Shown here piece by piece: positions 29,334-38,299 of a DNA stretch of 64,000 nucleotides (the stretch's first letter is position 1; every line of letters begins with the position of its first letter). The notes beneath the pieces are model-generated. The model was given only the letters and a program-made list of their open reading frames with translations, did no database searches and was not told where the DNA came from. This stretch comes from Hyphomicrobiales bacterium (GTDB lineage Bacteria > Pseudomonadota > Alphaproteobacteria > Rhizobiales > JACESI01): assembly GCA_039964305.1 (NCBI GenBank), contig JBDVXS010000142.1, positions 89,666 to 153,665 of the forward strand, written 5' to 3'. The position numbers and the translations under genes are program-made.

Positions 29334-30146
29334 ATGGCTGAATTGCTCACTATCGATAACCTCTTCACGCTTACCATGCTGATTTTGCTGCAAGCCGTAC
29401 TTGGTTTTGACAATCTTCTTTATATATCGATTGAATCAAAACGTGTGCCCCTCCATCAACAAGCGGCAACGCGGCGCTGGGGTATTGGTATTGCAATTGC
29501 CTTAAGGCTGGTTCTGCTCTTTGTTCTTGTTAATGCGATTAAGCTTTTTCAGGACGTGCTGTTTGAGTTTAAATTTGACGGCATCATAGAAGCATCGATC
29601 AATGGTCATTCGCTCATTGTCTTGGCTGGTGGTGTGTTCATTTTATACACCGCACTCAAAGAGATTAGTCACATGATGACAATCGAAGATTTGGATCAAG
29701 AAGGCGAGGGTGGCGCGAAGCGTTCGATGGTCTCTGCCATTATTTGGATTGTGGCCATGAATGTTGTGTTTTCATTCGATTCAATCTTGGGTGCGATGGC
29801 ACTAACGGACACATTCATCCTCATGGCTGTCGCTGTGATCATTTCAGGTATTATGATGATTGTCTTGGCTGATTATGTCGCGGACTTTTTGAAGAAGAAC
29901 CGGATGTATGAAGTGCTTGGGCTCTTCATCTTGTTTGTGGTTGGTATTTTGCTCTTGTCAGAAGGCGGCCATATTGCGCATTTGAAACTTGCCGGTGTGC
30001 CCGTTGAGCCAATGGCGAAGAGTACTTTCTACTTCGTTATCGCTGTTATGGTTTTGGTGGATATCGTCCAAGGCCGTTATCAAAAGAAACTGGCGCATGA
30101 AAGAAGACTGCAATCAGCGGGAGACCATACGCCTGATCTTGGATAA
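29334..30146 (+). CDS. TerC family integral membrane protein
   Basis: 270 aa polytopic protein with TerC-like motifs (LGFDNLLYISI, FSFDSILGAMA). Confidence 0.78.
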   Translation: MAELLTIDNLFTLTMLILLQAVLGFDNLLYISIESKRVPLHQQAATRRWGIGIAIALRLVLLFVLVNAIKLFQDVLFEFKFDGIIEASINGHSLIVLAGGVFILYTALKEISHMMTIEDLDQEGEGGAKRSMVSAIIWIVAMNVVFSFDSILGAMALTDTFILMAVAVIISGIMMIVLADYVADFLKKNRMYEVLGLFILFVVGILLLSEGGHIAHLKLAGVPVEPMAKSTFYFVIAVMVLVDIVQGRYQKKLAHERRLQSAGDHTPDLG

Positions 30147-30184
30147 GGCGACTGTTGGTTTTTAGAAGTATTTAGATTGCTTAG

Positions 30185-30217
30185 AGGTCGCTTAAATTTA
30201 AGCGACCTTTTCTTTTG
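30185..30217 (+). terminator. intrinsic terminator after terC-like gene
   Basis: AGGTCGCTTAAA/TTTAAGCGACCT perfect hairpin followed by TTTTCTTTT. It lies within the last codons of the convergent GGDEF gene. Confidence 0.75.
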
Positions 30218-31148
30218 GCAATTGGCAGCCTTCAAACTGGAGCTGATTGCGGCCATTGTCTTTTGCCATATACAAGTTCTTATCAGCCCGATTGAGCGCG
30301 ATGTCGATCTTGTTTTCACCTGTCATCCACATGGTGCCACCAACACTGGTTGTGAAGCTGATTTCTTGGCCGTCGTATTTCACCTTGGTTTGTTCGGTGC
30401 GGTCAATAATCCGTTGGGCGATGCGTCGTGTTGCTGCTTCTGGAGCATCTGGTAACAAGAGTGCAAATTCTTCGCCACCCAATCGTGCAAAAACATCTGA
30501 CCCACGAATGCAGTCTTCAATCAGCTTGGTGAAGGCGATCAAAACTTCATCGCCTGCTGCATGGCCGTAGGTGTCGTTGAGGGATTTGAAATTATCAAGA
30601 TCAAGCATCAATACGCCAATGTCGAGTTGGCCAATTTCAGCATATGTCAGCAATTCCTCAGATTTGTCATAGAAAGAGCGACGATTTGAAATGCCAGTCA
30701 ACGGATCAATCTCAGCAAGTTCTTTCAACTTACTTTGCTGTTCGCGTAGTTCACGGTGCTTGTCTTCGAGTTCTTGTTCGTAGGAAACAAAAAGGCTGAT
30801 ATCGCACAAGCTCCATAAAACAAGTTCGTTGCCTTGTTTATCTGTAACGAGCTTCGGCTTACCAAGCACCATGCATTCGCTTGCGTCTTCAGCGACCAGT
30901 TTGCACAAGATTTCTGAATCGAGCTTATTATCTGGTTTTGATAAATTGTCAGCTTCTGAACGGACAGGTTGGAATAAAGTGCTTTGCGGTCCAGCCTTGT
31001 GCCCAACCACTTTTTCCGAAGACCTATTTAGGAGATGGAGATAGGCTTCATTTGCATAAACAACAAAACCTTTGCCGTCTTCCAAACACATGGGAGTCGG
31101 GTAGTTTAGGAGGAAATCCCAAAGCTCTGGTTCAAATGCGCCACGCAA
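30198..31148 (-). CDS. PAS-like sensor domain / GGDEF diguanylate cyclase
   Basis: 316 aa with a C-terminal GGDEF domain carrying an intact GGEEF active site. Apparent TTG start. Confidence 0.85.
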   Translation of the reverse strand: MRGAFEPELWDFLLNYPTPMCLEDGKGFVVYANEAYLHLLNRSSEKVVGHKAGPQSTLFQPVRSEADNLSKPDNKLDSEILCKLVAEDASECMVLGKPKLVTDKQGNELVLWSLCDISLFVSYEQELEDKHRELREQQSKLKELAEIDPLTGISNRRSFYDKSEELLTYAEIGQLDIGVLMLDLDNFKSLNDTYGHAAGDEVLIAFTKLIEDCIRGSDVFARLGGEEFALLLPDAPEAATRRIAQRIIDRTEQTKVKYDGQEISFTTSVGGTMWMTGENKIDIALNRADKNLYMAKDNGRNQLQFEGCQLPKEKVA

Positions 31149-31291
31149 ATTTTTAATCCTTTAGGGTTGTGCTCTCATGATAACAAAAGCCCCAGTTGAA
31201 TTTATTGTCTCATAAGCTTACTAACGGAAGCTAAATTTTTAGGCGTTTTCGGCTATATACACGAAGTTGTGTTCAGAGAGTTGATGAGTGA

Positions 31292-31762
31292 TTGGACGTT
31301 ATGGAACAGTTTGATGGGCGCCATTCAACGAGAGCGACTGAAATTGAGCGCGGTGTTGGCCGTTATCTAAGAAGTCTTAACTTTGCTTATGTGCCAGAAT
31401 TAACGCTTCCAGATAAGCGCCGTGCCGACATGGTAGCGCTTGGACCCAAGGGGCAAATCTGGATTGTTGAAATTAAGTCGTCTGTTGAGGATTTCAAAGC
31501 AGATCATAAGTGGCAAGACTATCAAAACCATTGTGACGCCTTGTTTTTTGCAACACTCAAAGATGTTCCAGCTGATATTTTTCCCTGTGAAGCGGGTTTG
31601 TTGATTGCTGATAACTTTGGTGCGGCTTGTATGCGAGAGGCACCGGAAGAAAAGCTATCTGCCCCCATGCGCAAAAAGCTGACTTTGATGATTGCAAGGT
31701 TCGCCGCCACACGGTTTCACAACCTTCAAGATCCAGCCCTCAATGAGAAGTCGGTTATGTAA
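31292..31762 (+). CDS. mmcB: MmcB family DNA repair protein (PD-(D/E)XK-like)
   Basis: 156 aa with the motif RRADMVAL...IWIVEIKSS typical of MmcB/PDDEXK nucleases. Confidence 0.7.
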   Translation: MDVMEQFDGRHSTRATEIERGVGRYLRSLNFAYVPELTLPDKRRADMVALGPKGQIWIVEIKSSVEDFKADHKWQDYQNHCDALFFATLKDVPADIFPCEAGLLIADNFGAACMREAPEEKLSAPMRKKLTLMIARFAATRFHNLQDPALNEKSVM

Positions 31763-31783
31763 ACGAGCGCGCTCACATGCACT

Positions 31784-32344
31784 CTAACGCGGTGCACGTT
31801 TTGCCAAAATACGTTGCAAGGTTCTGCGGTGCATGTTCAAGCGCCGTGCTGTTTCTGAAACGTTGCGATTACACATTTCATAAACGCGCTGAATATGTTC
31901 CCAGCGCACGCGGTCTGCCGACATTGGATTTTCGGGGGGCGGCACTTTTTCTTTTGGGCCACGGGTGAGCGCACTAATAATTTCGTCAGCATCTGCTGGC
32001 TTTGCTAAATAGTCGGTTGCACCCAGTTTTACAGCTGAAACCGCTGTTGCGATATTGCCGTAGCCCGTCAAAATAACCGATTTGCAATCTGGCTGGCTTT
32101 CGCGCAGTTTTTCAACAAGCTCAAGGCCATTACCATCTTCAAGGCGCATATCAACAACGGCATAAGTGGGCGGTGTTTGCCTCGCTATTTCCAAACCCGA
32201 TGTGATTGAATCAGCAGACAAAACGTTAAACCCACGCGTTTCCATTGCTCGACTAAGGCGAACAAGGAACGGCTTATCATCGTCGACAATCAACATTGTC
32301 GCGTTGGGTTCTAAATCGTTGGCGAGAGCTGCACTGTTTTGCAT
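31784..32344 (-). CDS. actR: redox response regulator ActR/RegA/PrrA
   Basis: Receiver domain plus the near-invariant C-terminal HTH NVSETARRLNMHRRTLQRILAKRAPR. Confidence 0.92.
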   Translation of the reverse strand: MQNSAALANDLEPNATMLIVDDDKPFLVRLSRAMETRGFNVLSADSITSGLEIARQTPPTYAVVDMRLEDGNGLELVEKLRESQPDCKSVILTGYGNIATAVSAVKLGATDYLAKPADADEIISALTRGPKEKVPPPENPMSADRVRWEHIQRVYEMCNRNVSETARRLNMHRRTLQRILAKRAPR

Positions 32345-32361
32345 AGAAAATCCAAGGGTTG

Positions 32362-32377
32362 TTAATCAGCTGATTAA
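32362..32377. promoter_or_regulatory. perfect 16-bp palindrome TTAATCAGCTGATTAA upstream of actR
   Basis: Read directly from the sequence. It lies 18 nt upstream of the actR ATG, in the 132-nt actS-actR spacer. Confidence 0.4.
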
Positions 32378-32476
32378 GACACAAACAAGTAGTTACCCTT
32401 ATCCATATAGAGCAGTCGTGGAGTATTGGTTGTGATTGCTACATTCTGACGCAGGTATATGTTTAAGCCCTTTTAA

Positions 32477-33868
32477 TCATTGAGGAATTTCTACCGTCTC
32501 CATCGCGCTATTTGTCTTTGATTTGAAGAGAAGCGCCTCAGGGGGCCATAAAACGGTGACATTGGCTCCACGGGTTGAGCCTGTACGATTGGAAAACTCT
32601 ATCTTGGCCCCTGATCGTTCAATCAGGGTCTTTGCAATGAAAATACCAAGACCGAGGCCGCCGCCTTCAATGGGGTGATTTTTACGTCGTGATTTTTGCG
32701 CTCTGCTTGTGACATAGGGTTCGCCTAAACGAGCAGCAACTGTTTCACTGAATCCTGGCCCATCATCTTCGATCTTTATCAAAATCGCATCGTCATCCCA
32801 TGCAATTGTGATGTCGACTTTTGAGTGAGCAAAATCGACGGCATTTTCTAAAATATTGCCCAATCCATAAAGAACACCGGGTAGACGTTTAACAAGTGGG
32901 ATGTCTTCTTGCTCTGCCACTGATGCATGTCGGTTGATTTCCAGCTCAATGCCAAAGTCGCGATGCGGTTCTACAATCTCGTTGACCAAGTCTGTGAAGC
33001 GAACAGCAGCCATCGGCCCACCACCATCTGAATTGAGAGAACTGAGCTTGCCTAAAATATTACGGCATCGGTTTGTTTGACTGTTAAGCAACTCAATGTC
33101 AGGACCAAGTTCAGGGTGGTCACCCCACTCGCGTTTAAGTTCTTTAATGACCACAGCAATGGTTGAAAGGGGAGTGCCAAGTTCATGGGCCGCCGCTGCC
33201 GCCAGCCCATCAATAGCAGATAAGTGTTGTTCTTTGGCCAGCACCAATTCAGTCGCAGTCAATGCCGCTGCAAGGTTGCGACTTTCTTCCGTTACGCGAT
33301 AAGCATAAAAACCCATAAACACCAAGCAAGACATCAAAGATGCCCAGATGCCAATTAGATAGTAGGTGTTGATGGACAGTGTTTTGTCTGCATGCATCGG
33401 TAATGGTTCGTGAAACATCACCAAAACTGAGGCACTAATGATGACGAGCAAGCCTAAGCTTAGCGTTTCTCGTCGTTTCAATGTGGTGGTGGAAATAAAA
33501 ACAGGCGCCAGTAAGAAGAAGGAGAACGGGTTTAATAGCCCTCCTGTAAAATAGAGCATCGCTGATAGGTGGATAACATCAAAGGTTAGATGCAGGGTCG
33601 CCGCATTATTGCTTATGCGTAGCGTGCGCGTTTTTGTGTATTTTGAATAGATGTTGACCGCGATGGATAAAGCGATGAGCAACCCACATGCAAGTTTGGG
33701 TACGGGGAAATTGAGAATCTCGTTCACGAATAAGAGCGTAGCGCTTTGACATATGATCGCTACCCATCTCACCCGAACGAGAGTATCAAGCCGCAAACCT
33801 TGTTCGATTGGGTCGATACCAATTTCACCTGGAGTGGATATTGGTAGAGTATTTACCTGTTCCGCCAT
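32477..33868 (-). CDS. actS: redox sensor histidine kinase ActS/RegB/PrrB
   Basis: 463 aa with six TM segments. It has the quinone-site heptapeptide GGLLNPF, the H-box AAHELGTPLS and a conserved Cys in TNRCRNILGKL. Confidence 0.9.
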   Translation of the reverse strand: MAEQVNTLPISTPGEIGIDPIEQGLRLDTLVRVRWVAIICQSATLLFVNEILNFPVPKLACGLLIALSIAVNIYSKYTKTRTLRISNNAATLHLTFDVIHLSAMLYFTGGLLNPFSFFLLAPVFISTTTLKRRETLSLGLLVIISASVLVMFHEPLPMHADKTLSINTYYLIGIWASLMSCLVFMGFYAYRVTEESRNLAAALTATELVLAKEQHLSAIDGLAAAAAHELGTPLSTIAVVIKELKREWGDHPELGPDIELLNSQTNRCRNILGKLSSLNSDGGGPMAAVRFTDLVNEIVEPHRDFGIELEINRHASVAEQEDIPLVKRLPGVLYGLGNILENAVDFAHSKVDITIAWDDDAILIKIEDDGPGFSETVAARLGEPYVTSRAQKSRRKNHPIEGGGLGLGIFIAKTLIERSGAKIEFSNRTGSTRGANVTVLWPPEALLFKSKTNSAMETVEIPQ

Positions 33869-34053
33869 CTTGTTCTTAATCCTTACCTTGTCGAAACCAC
33901 CGTCGTCTATACGTTTTCCAATGTCTCTAGCGTGGACTTGGCGCCAAAGCGTTTAGGGCGCAGGCTGGATGTAAAGCTTTTGGCAATAATAGTGTGAAAA
34001 CATCACTGCATCCTTCAAAGGGATAGTTGTTCATTTATTATTATCTGTTATGC

Positions 34054-34086
34054 TGCGCTGCAAAATCAATGGGTGCGCTGCAAAAT
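34054..34086. promoter_or_regulatory. two perfect 13-bp direct repeats TGCGCTGCAAAAT spaced 20 bp, upstream of phaZ
   Basis: The repeats are at 34054..34066 and 34074..34086. A related TTTTGCAAAT follows about 30 bp downstream. Confidence 0.45.
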
Positions 34087-34157
34087 ATCGGGCATCTCGA
34101 GACAGTTGTTTGTATGTTTTGCAAATATTAGCCGTCATTTTTTAGAGAGATCGTCCA

Positions 34158-35468
34158 ATGCCGTTTTATTTCATGCACGAAATGACCCATGCAACGATGA
34201 GCCCATGGCGCACAATGGCTGAGACAAGCCGTGCCTTTGTCAATAATTCGATGAACCCAATGGCGAATACGCCGATTGTACGCTCGCTTGATGCGGGCTT
34301 TGAAGTGTTCGAACGGGCCACGCGCCAATATGGCAAGCCTGCTTTTGGGATTACAGACGTAGAAATTGACGGCCTTACTCTAAGCGTCTCTGAAAAGACC
34401 GTTTGGTCTGATACCTTCTGCAACTTGGTTCAGTTTCAACGCATGACACCTGCAGGGCAGGGACCAGACATGGAGGGTCGCCTTTCAAAAGTGGTGGTTG
34501 TCGCTCCAATGTCGGGTCATTATTCAACATTGTTGCGTGGCACTGTTGAGGGGCTTCTCCCTTATCACGATGTTTACATCACGGACTGGGTTGATGCGCG
34601 TCAGGTTCCCTTGACCGACGGTTCATTCGACCTTGATGATTATATTGATTACGTCATCAACATTGCTCATCACTTTGAAGGCGATGTTCATTTCGTTGCG
34701 GTGTGCCAGCCATCCGTGCCGGTTTTGGCCGCTGTCGCAAGAATGGAAGAGCTTGGTGACCCGCTTGCTCCAAAATCAATGACATTGATGGGCGGACCTA
34801 TTGATACGCGGATTAATCCAACTGTTGTGAATGATCTGGCTCAGAAAAACGACTTCGATTGGTTTGAAAACAACGTCATAATGACCGTTCCTTTCCCTCA
34901 TCCTGGTGTGATGCGACGGGTCTATCCTGGCTTTTTGCAGCTTTCGGGCTTCATGAGCATGAATATGGATCGTCATGTTAGTGCGCAGCGTGAGTTTTAT
35001 AACCACCTTGTTGAAGGTGACGGTGAATCTGCTGATAAACACCGCGATTTTTATGATGAGTATCTGGCCGTAATGGATTTGACGGCTGAGTTTTATCTTC
35101 AAACGGTTGATACGGTCTTCATTCGCCACGCTTTGGCAACCGGTGACATGATGCACCGTGATGATCCAGTGAAAACAGAAGCCATCAAGAACGTCGCTCT
35201 CATGACGGTTGAAGGTGAGAAAGACGATATTTCTGGTGTTGGCCAAACAGAAGCCGCCCATGGGCTTTGTCCAAACATCCCAGATGCGAAGCGGATGCAT
35301 TATGTGCAACCGGAAGTCGGTCATTATGGTGTGTTCAACGGATCACGCTTTAGAAAAGGCATCCGCCCTAAGATTACAGAGTTCGTGCTGAAAGCTGATA
35401 AACGCGCAAAAATTGCGTCTAAGCCAGCAAAAAGCAAGAAGGCGACTGCGGCTAAAAAAGCATCGTAA
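34158..35468 (+). CDS. phaZ: intracellular polyhydroxyalkanoate depolymerase
   Basis: 436 aa. The N-terminus (MPFYFMHEMTHATMSPWR) and overall sequence are typical of the intracellular PHB depolymerase family. It has a Lys/Ala-rich C-terminal tail. Confidence 0.85.
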   Translation: MPFYFMHEMTHATMSPWRTMAETSRAFVNNSMNPMANTPIVRSLDAGFEVFERATRQYGKPAFGITDVEIDGLTLSVSEKTVWSDTFCNLVQFQRMTPAGQGPDMEGRLSKVVVVAPMSGHYSTLLRGTVEGLLPYHDVYITDWVDARQVPLTDGSFDLDDYIDYVINIAHHFEGDVHFVAVCQPSVPVLAAVARMEELGDPLAPKSMTLMGGPIDTRINPTVVNDLAQKNDFDWFENNVIMTVPFPHPGVMRRVYPGFLQLSGFMSMNMDRHVSAQREFYNHLVEGDGESADKHRDFYDEYLAVMDLTAEFYLQTVDTVFIRHALATGDMMHRDDPVKTEAIKNVALMTVEGEKDDISGVGQTEAAHGLCPNIPDAKRMHYVQPEVGHYGVFNGSRFRKGIRPKITEFVLKADKRAKIASKPAKSKKATAAKKAS

Positions 35469-35502
35469 AACCTCGCTGTTAGTACAGTTTGACTGAATTT
35501 CA

Positions 35503-35535
35503 GCCCCAGAAACGGCTTGTTTCTGGGGTTTTTTC
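35503..35535 (+). terminator. intrinsic terminator after phaZ
   Basis: CCCCAGAAAC-GGCT-TGTTTCTGGGG followed by TTTTTT. Confidence 0.85.
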
Positions 35536-35666
35536 TTGAAAACTCACCTCATCATCACCATATCTTCAAGTAAGCGGGGACAAACAGTTCGCTGCCATGC
35601 AGCTTGTTGGTTCCTGAATGCATCTAACTTTGATGCGATTGTTGAATCGAAACTACGAGGTGTAAA

Positions 35667-36089
35667 ATGGTTCATTCACAGACTGCTTCTACTGCGTCTG
35701 CTGACACGTCGGGTCCATTCCTTAAACCAGGTTGGGCACCGCTAAACATTTTCTTGATGATTGTTGGCTTCATGCTGTTTTGGCCTTTGGGCCTTGCCAT
35801 GCTCGGCTTCAATCTATGGGGACACAAACTAGGGGAGTTCAAGAACGATATGAAAAAATCTTTTGCCGTTCAAACTGACTGGATGACAAGCAATCCAGAT
35901 CGTGCATCTTCAACTACAGGTAATTCAGCGTTTGATGCATTCCGCGAAGCTGAATTGGCGCGACTTGAAGAAGAGCGTACAAAGCTTGATGCTATGCGCA
36001 AGGATTTCGACGATCATCTTGAAAGCTTAAGACAAGCGCGCGACCAAGAAGAGTTTGATCGCTTTATGTCAAAGCGCAAAAAGAATTAG
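35667..36089 (+). CDS. DUF2852-like small membrane protein
   Basis: 140 aa with one hydrophobic hairpin (LNIFLMIVGFMLFWPLGLAMLGF) followed by a charged coiled region. SD GAGGTG. Confidence 0.6.
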   Translation: MVHSQTASTASADTSGPFLKPGWAPLNIFLMIVGFMLFWPLGLAMLGFNLWGHKLGEFKNDMKKSFAVQTDWMTSNPDRASSTTGNSAFDAFREAELARLEEERTKLDAMRKDFDDHLESLRQARDQEEFDRFMSKRKKN

Positions 36090-36139
36090 CGTTATCGACG
36101 ATTAGGTTTTGAAACACGAAACCTCACGCAAAAAGGAAT

Positions 36140-36168
36140 ACGGGGTCTTTGGGCCCCGTTTTCTTTTG
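36140..36168 (+). terminator. intrinsic terminator
   Basis: ACGGGGTC-TTTG-GGCCCCGT followed by TTTCTTTT. Confidence 0.75.
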
Positions 36169-36228
36169 CCTCTTTAAAACGTTGATTTGCCCTATGCGAA
36201 TAATTGGCGAGTCACCTATAATAAGTAC

Positions 36229-36993
36229 ATGCTCGGCTCTTTTTTCTCTTCATCTAAATCTTCAGGTTCAAAAACGGCCTATCAACAAAGCATATCGCTT
36301 GAGATCAATGGTCAAGATGTGCCGATCGAAATCAAGCATAATGACCGTGCAAAAAGATATACCTTGCGTATGCCGCAAGTTGGCACCACGCCAATTCTAA
36401 CAATTCCCAAATATGGAACCCATAGTGAAGCCGTCGATTTTGCGCGGCGTCATACCGGATGGTTGGCGGCCCGTATTGCTGATAGACCGCAATTGACCGT
36501 ATTTGAACCAGATGTGTTGGTGCCTTTGCGTGGTGAGCCGCATCGATTGGTGTCAAGCGGTAAGACACGCGGCGTGGTTCAAGTGATTGATGAAGAGCCA
36601 ACGCCTCTTTTAAGTGTTTCTGGTGATCTTCGTCATTTTGAACGACGGGTAACAGATTGGCTAAAAGAGCAAGCAAGGGCAGACATCACGGCTGCTTGTC
36701 ATTATCACGCTGATAATCTTGGCCTTCATTTCCGTTCTATTTCAATTAGAGACCAACGCACGCGCTGGGGTTCGTGCTCGACAGGTGCTAATTTGAATTT
36801 TTCATGGCGCTTAATATTGGCGCCGCCGCAGGTTTTGGATTATGTGGCAGCGCATGAAGTAGCGCATCTACAGGAAATGAACCATAAACCGCAGTTCTGG
36901 GCGCTGGTTGAGAAAACATGTCCTGAGATGGAAGTGCATAAATTCTGGCTCAAAAAACACGGTGCAACACTGCATTCTTATGGTGCATTGTGA
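36229..36993 (+). CDS. YgjP-like (DUF45) zinc metallohydrolase
   Basis: HEXXH motif in AAHEVAHLQEMNH. I chose the ATG at 36229, downstream of the preceding terminator. The track ORF starts at TTG 36187. Confidence 0.7.
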   Translation: MLGSFFSSSKSSGSKTAYQQSISLEINGQDVPIEIKHNDRAKRYTLRMPQVGTTPILTIPKYGTHSEAVDFARRHTGWLAARIADRPQLTVFEPDVLVPLRGEPHRLVSSGKTRGVVQVIDEEPTPLLSVSGDLRHFERRVTDWLKEQARADITAACHYHADNLGLHFRSISIRDQRTRWGSCSTGANLNFSWRLILAPPQVLDYVAAHEVAHLQEMNHKPQFWALVEKTCPEMEVHKFWLKKHGATLHSYGAL

Positions 36994-37314
36994 TTTTTCA
37001 TCGCAAGTTTAATTGTTGGAACATCCATAATGGTAAATACTTTGTAAAATTCAAACTTATGTATTAATTTAAATTTTATTATAAATATTGTTGAATTTGC
37101 GCTAAATGTTCACTTTTGACCTGTAATTCGGTGAAATTAGGGACTTTTAATAGTTCGTTTACTATAGAATTGGCGTAAAACTATATAGAATTTTATTGCG
37201 TCGTATTAACTGTAGTGAAAGAACTTTTTTGTAGTGTGGGGACATCGATGGTTCCGGACATGAAATAGAGAGCCACGGTTTAGTTTAACACATGTGATCG
37301 ATTAGGAGCTCACA

Positions 37315-37521
37315 ATGAAACTTTTTAAACAGTTCCGTAAGGACGAAAAAGGTGCGACAGCAATTGAATATGGTTTGATCGCGGCACTTATCTCAGTGGT
37401 AATTATTACAGCGCTTAACACGCTTGGTGATTCATTGACAGATACTTTTGAAGAGGTATCTACCGAGATTAACGGTAATGTGGGTGGTGGTGCAACTCCT
37501 CCTGTTACTCCTGGTGGTTAA
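37315..37521 (+). CDS. flp: Flp family type IVb pilin
   Basis: 68 aa with the Flp processing/hydrophobic motif KGATAIEYGLIAALISVV and a strong SD (AGGAG). Confidence 0.9.
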   Translation: MKLFKQFRKDEKGATAIEYGLIAALISVVIITALNTLGDSLTDTFEEVSTEINGNVGGGATPPVTPGG

Positions 37522-37586
37522 TCCCACGGCATTATCAGGCAGGCTTGATTGTGTGAATGTATGATTTAGCCTGACTATGGAATATA

Positions 37587-37613
37587 AGCGGGGGCCTTGG
37601 CCCCCGCTTTTTA
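37587..37613 (+). terminator. intrinsic terminator after flp
   Basis: AGCGGGGGCC-TT-GGCCCCCGCT followed by TTTTTATTT. Confidence 0.85.
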
Positions 37614-37664
37614 TTTAAGTTAGTACGGATCCCAGTTTAGGGATTGGCCAAAGAAGAGGGCGTA

Positions 37665-38168
37665 ATGTCTTATCTTGTTCTTGCATCATTTTCAGCACTC
37701 ATGATTTATGCTGCTTATTCAGATTTAAAAGCCTATACGCTTCCCAATTTCATATCTTTGCTATTAATGGCCGGCTTTGTGATTGTTATGTTGGTGCTTC
37801 AGCCACCTCTTAGTGCAATTGGTTGGCACATCGGGGTTGGTGCTATCCTCTTCGTTATCGGATTTTTGATGTTTGCCACTGGTTTGTTTGGTGGTGGAGA
37901 CGTAAAAGTCATTGCAGCTCTTGGTCTCTGGTTGGGTCCAGTTAATGTCTTGCCGTTTTTAACCTTGATGGCGATTTTTGGCGGGGTTTTAGCTCTCACC
38001 TTAATCGTATTTCGTAAAATCAAAATACCAGATCATTGGTTGAAACACAGTGCAATCGCAGGACTTCACTCGAAAGAAGAAGGCATTCCTTACGGAGTTG
38101 CGATCGCTTTAGCTGCGCTTATAGAATTCCCTAAAACTGAAATATATCTTGGTCTTACTAGGCTATAG
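37665..38168 (+). CDS. cpaA: A24 family prepilin peptidase CpaA/TadV
   Basis: Polytopic protein with the second catalytic Asp motif GGGDVKVIAALG. I chose the ATG at 37665. Confidence 0.85.
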   Translation: MSYLVLASFSALMIYAAYSDLKAYTLPNFISLLLMAGFVIVMLVLQPPLSAIGWHIGVGAILFVIGFLMFATGLFGGGDVKVIAALGLWLGPVNVLPFLTLMAIFGGVLALTLIVFRKIKIPDHWLKHSAIAGLHSKEEGIPYGVAIALAALIEFPKTEIYLGLTRL

Positions 38169-38299
38169 TTGTACATTTTCAGTTCAATTTATAAATTGTT
38201 AAGTATAAATCATCACCGATCATTAACCATAAATATACGTTTGTCGTGCAAGACTGAGTCCTAACAACGCCCTTAGTGGGTCACTAGTGAGGAAGTCAG

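Noticed and set aside
31230-31291. Alphaproteobacterial LexA box (GTTC-N7-GTTC) upstream of mmcB, which is SOS-regulated in Caulobacter.
   Set aside because: Only GTTC-N7-TGAT and an AGTTG direct repeat are present, with no acceptable second half-site.
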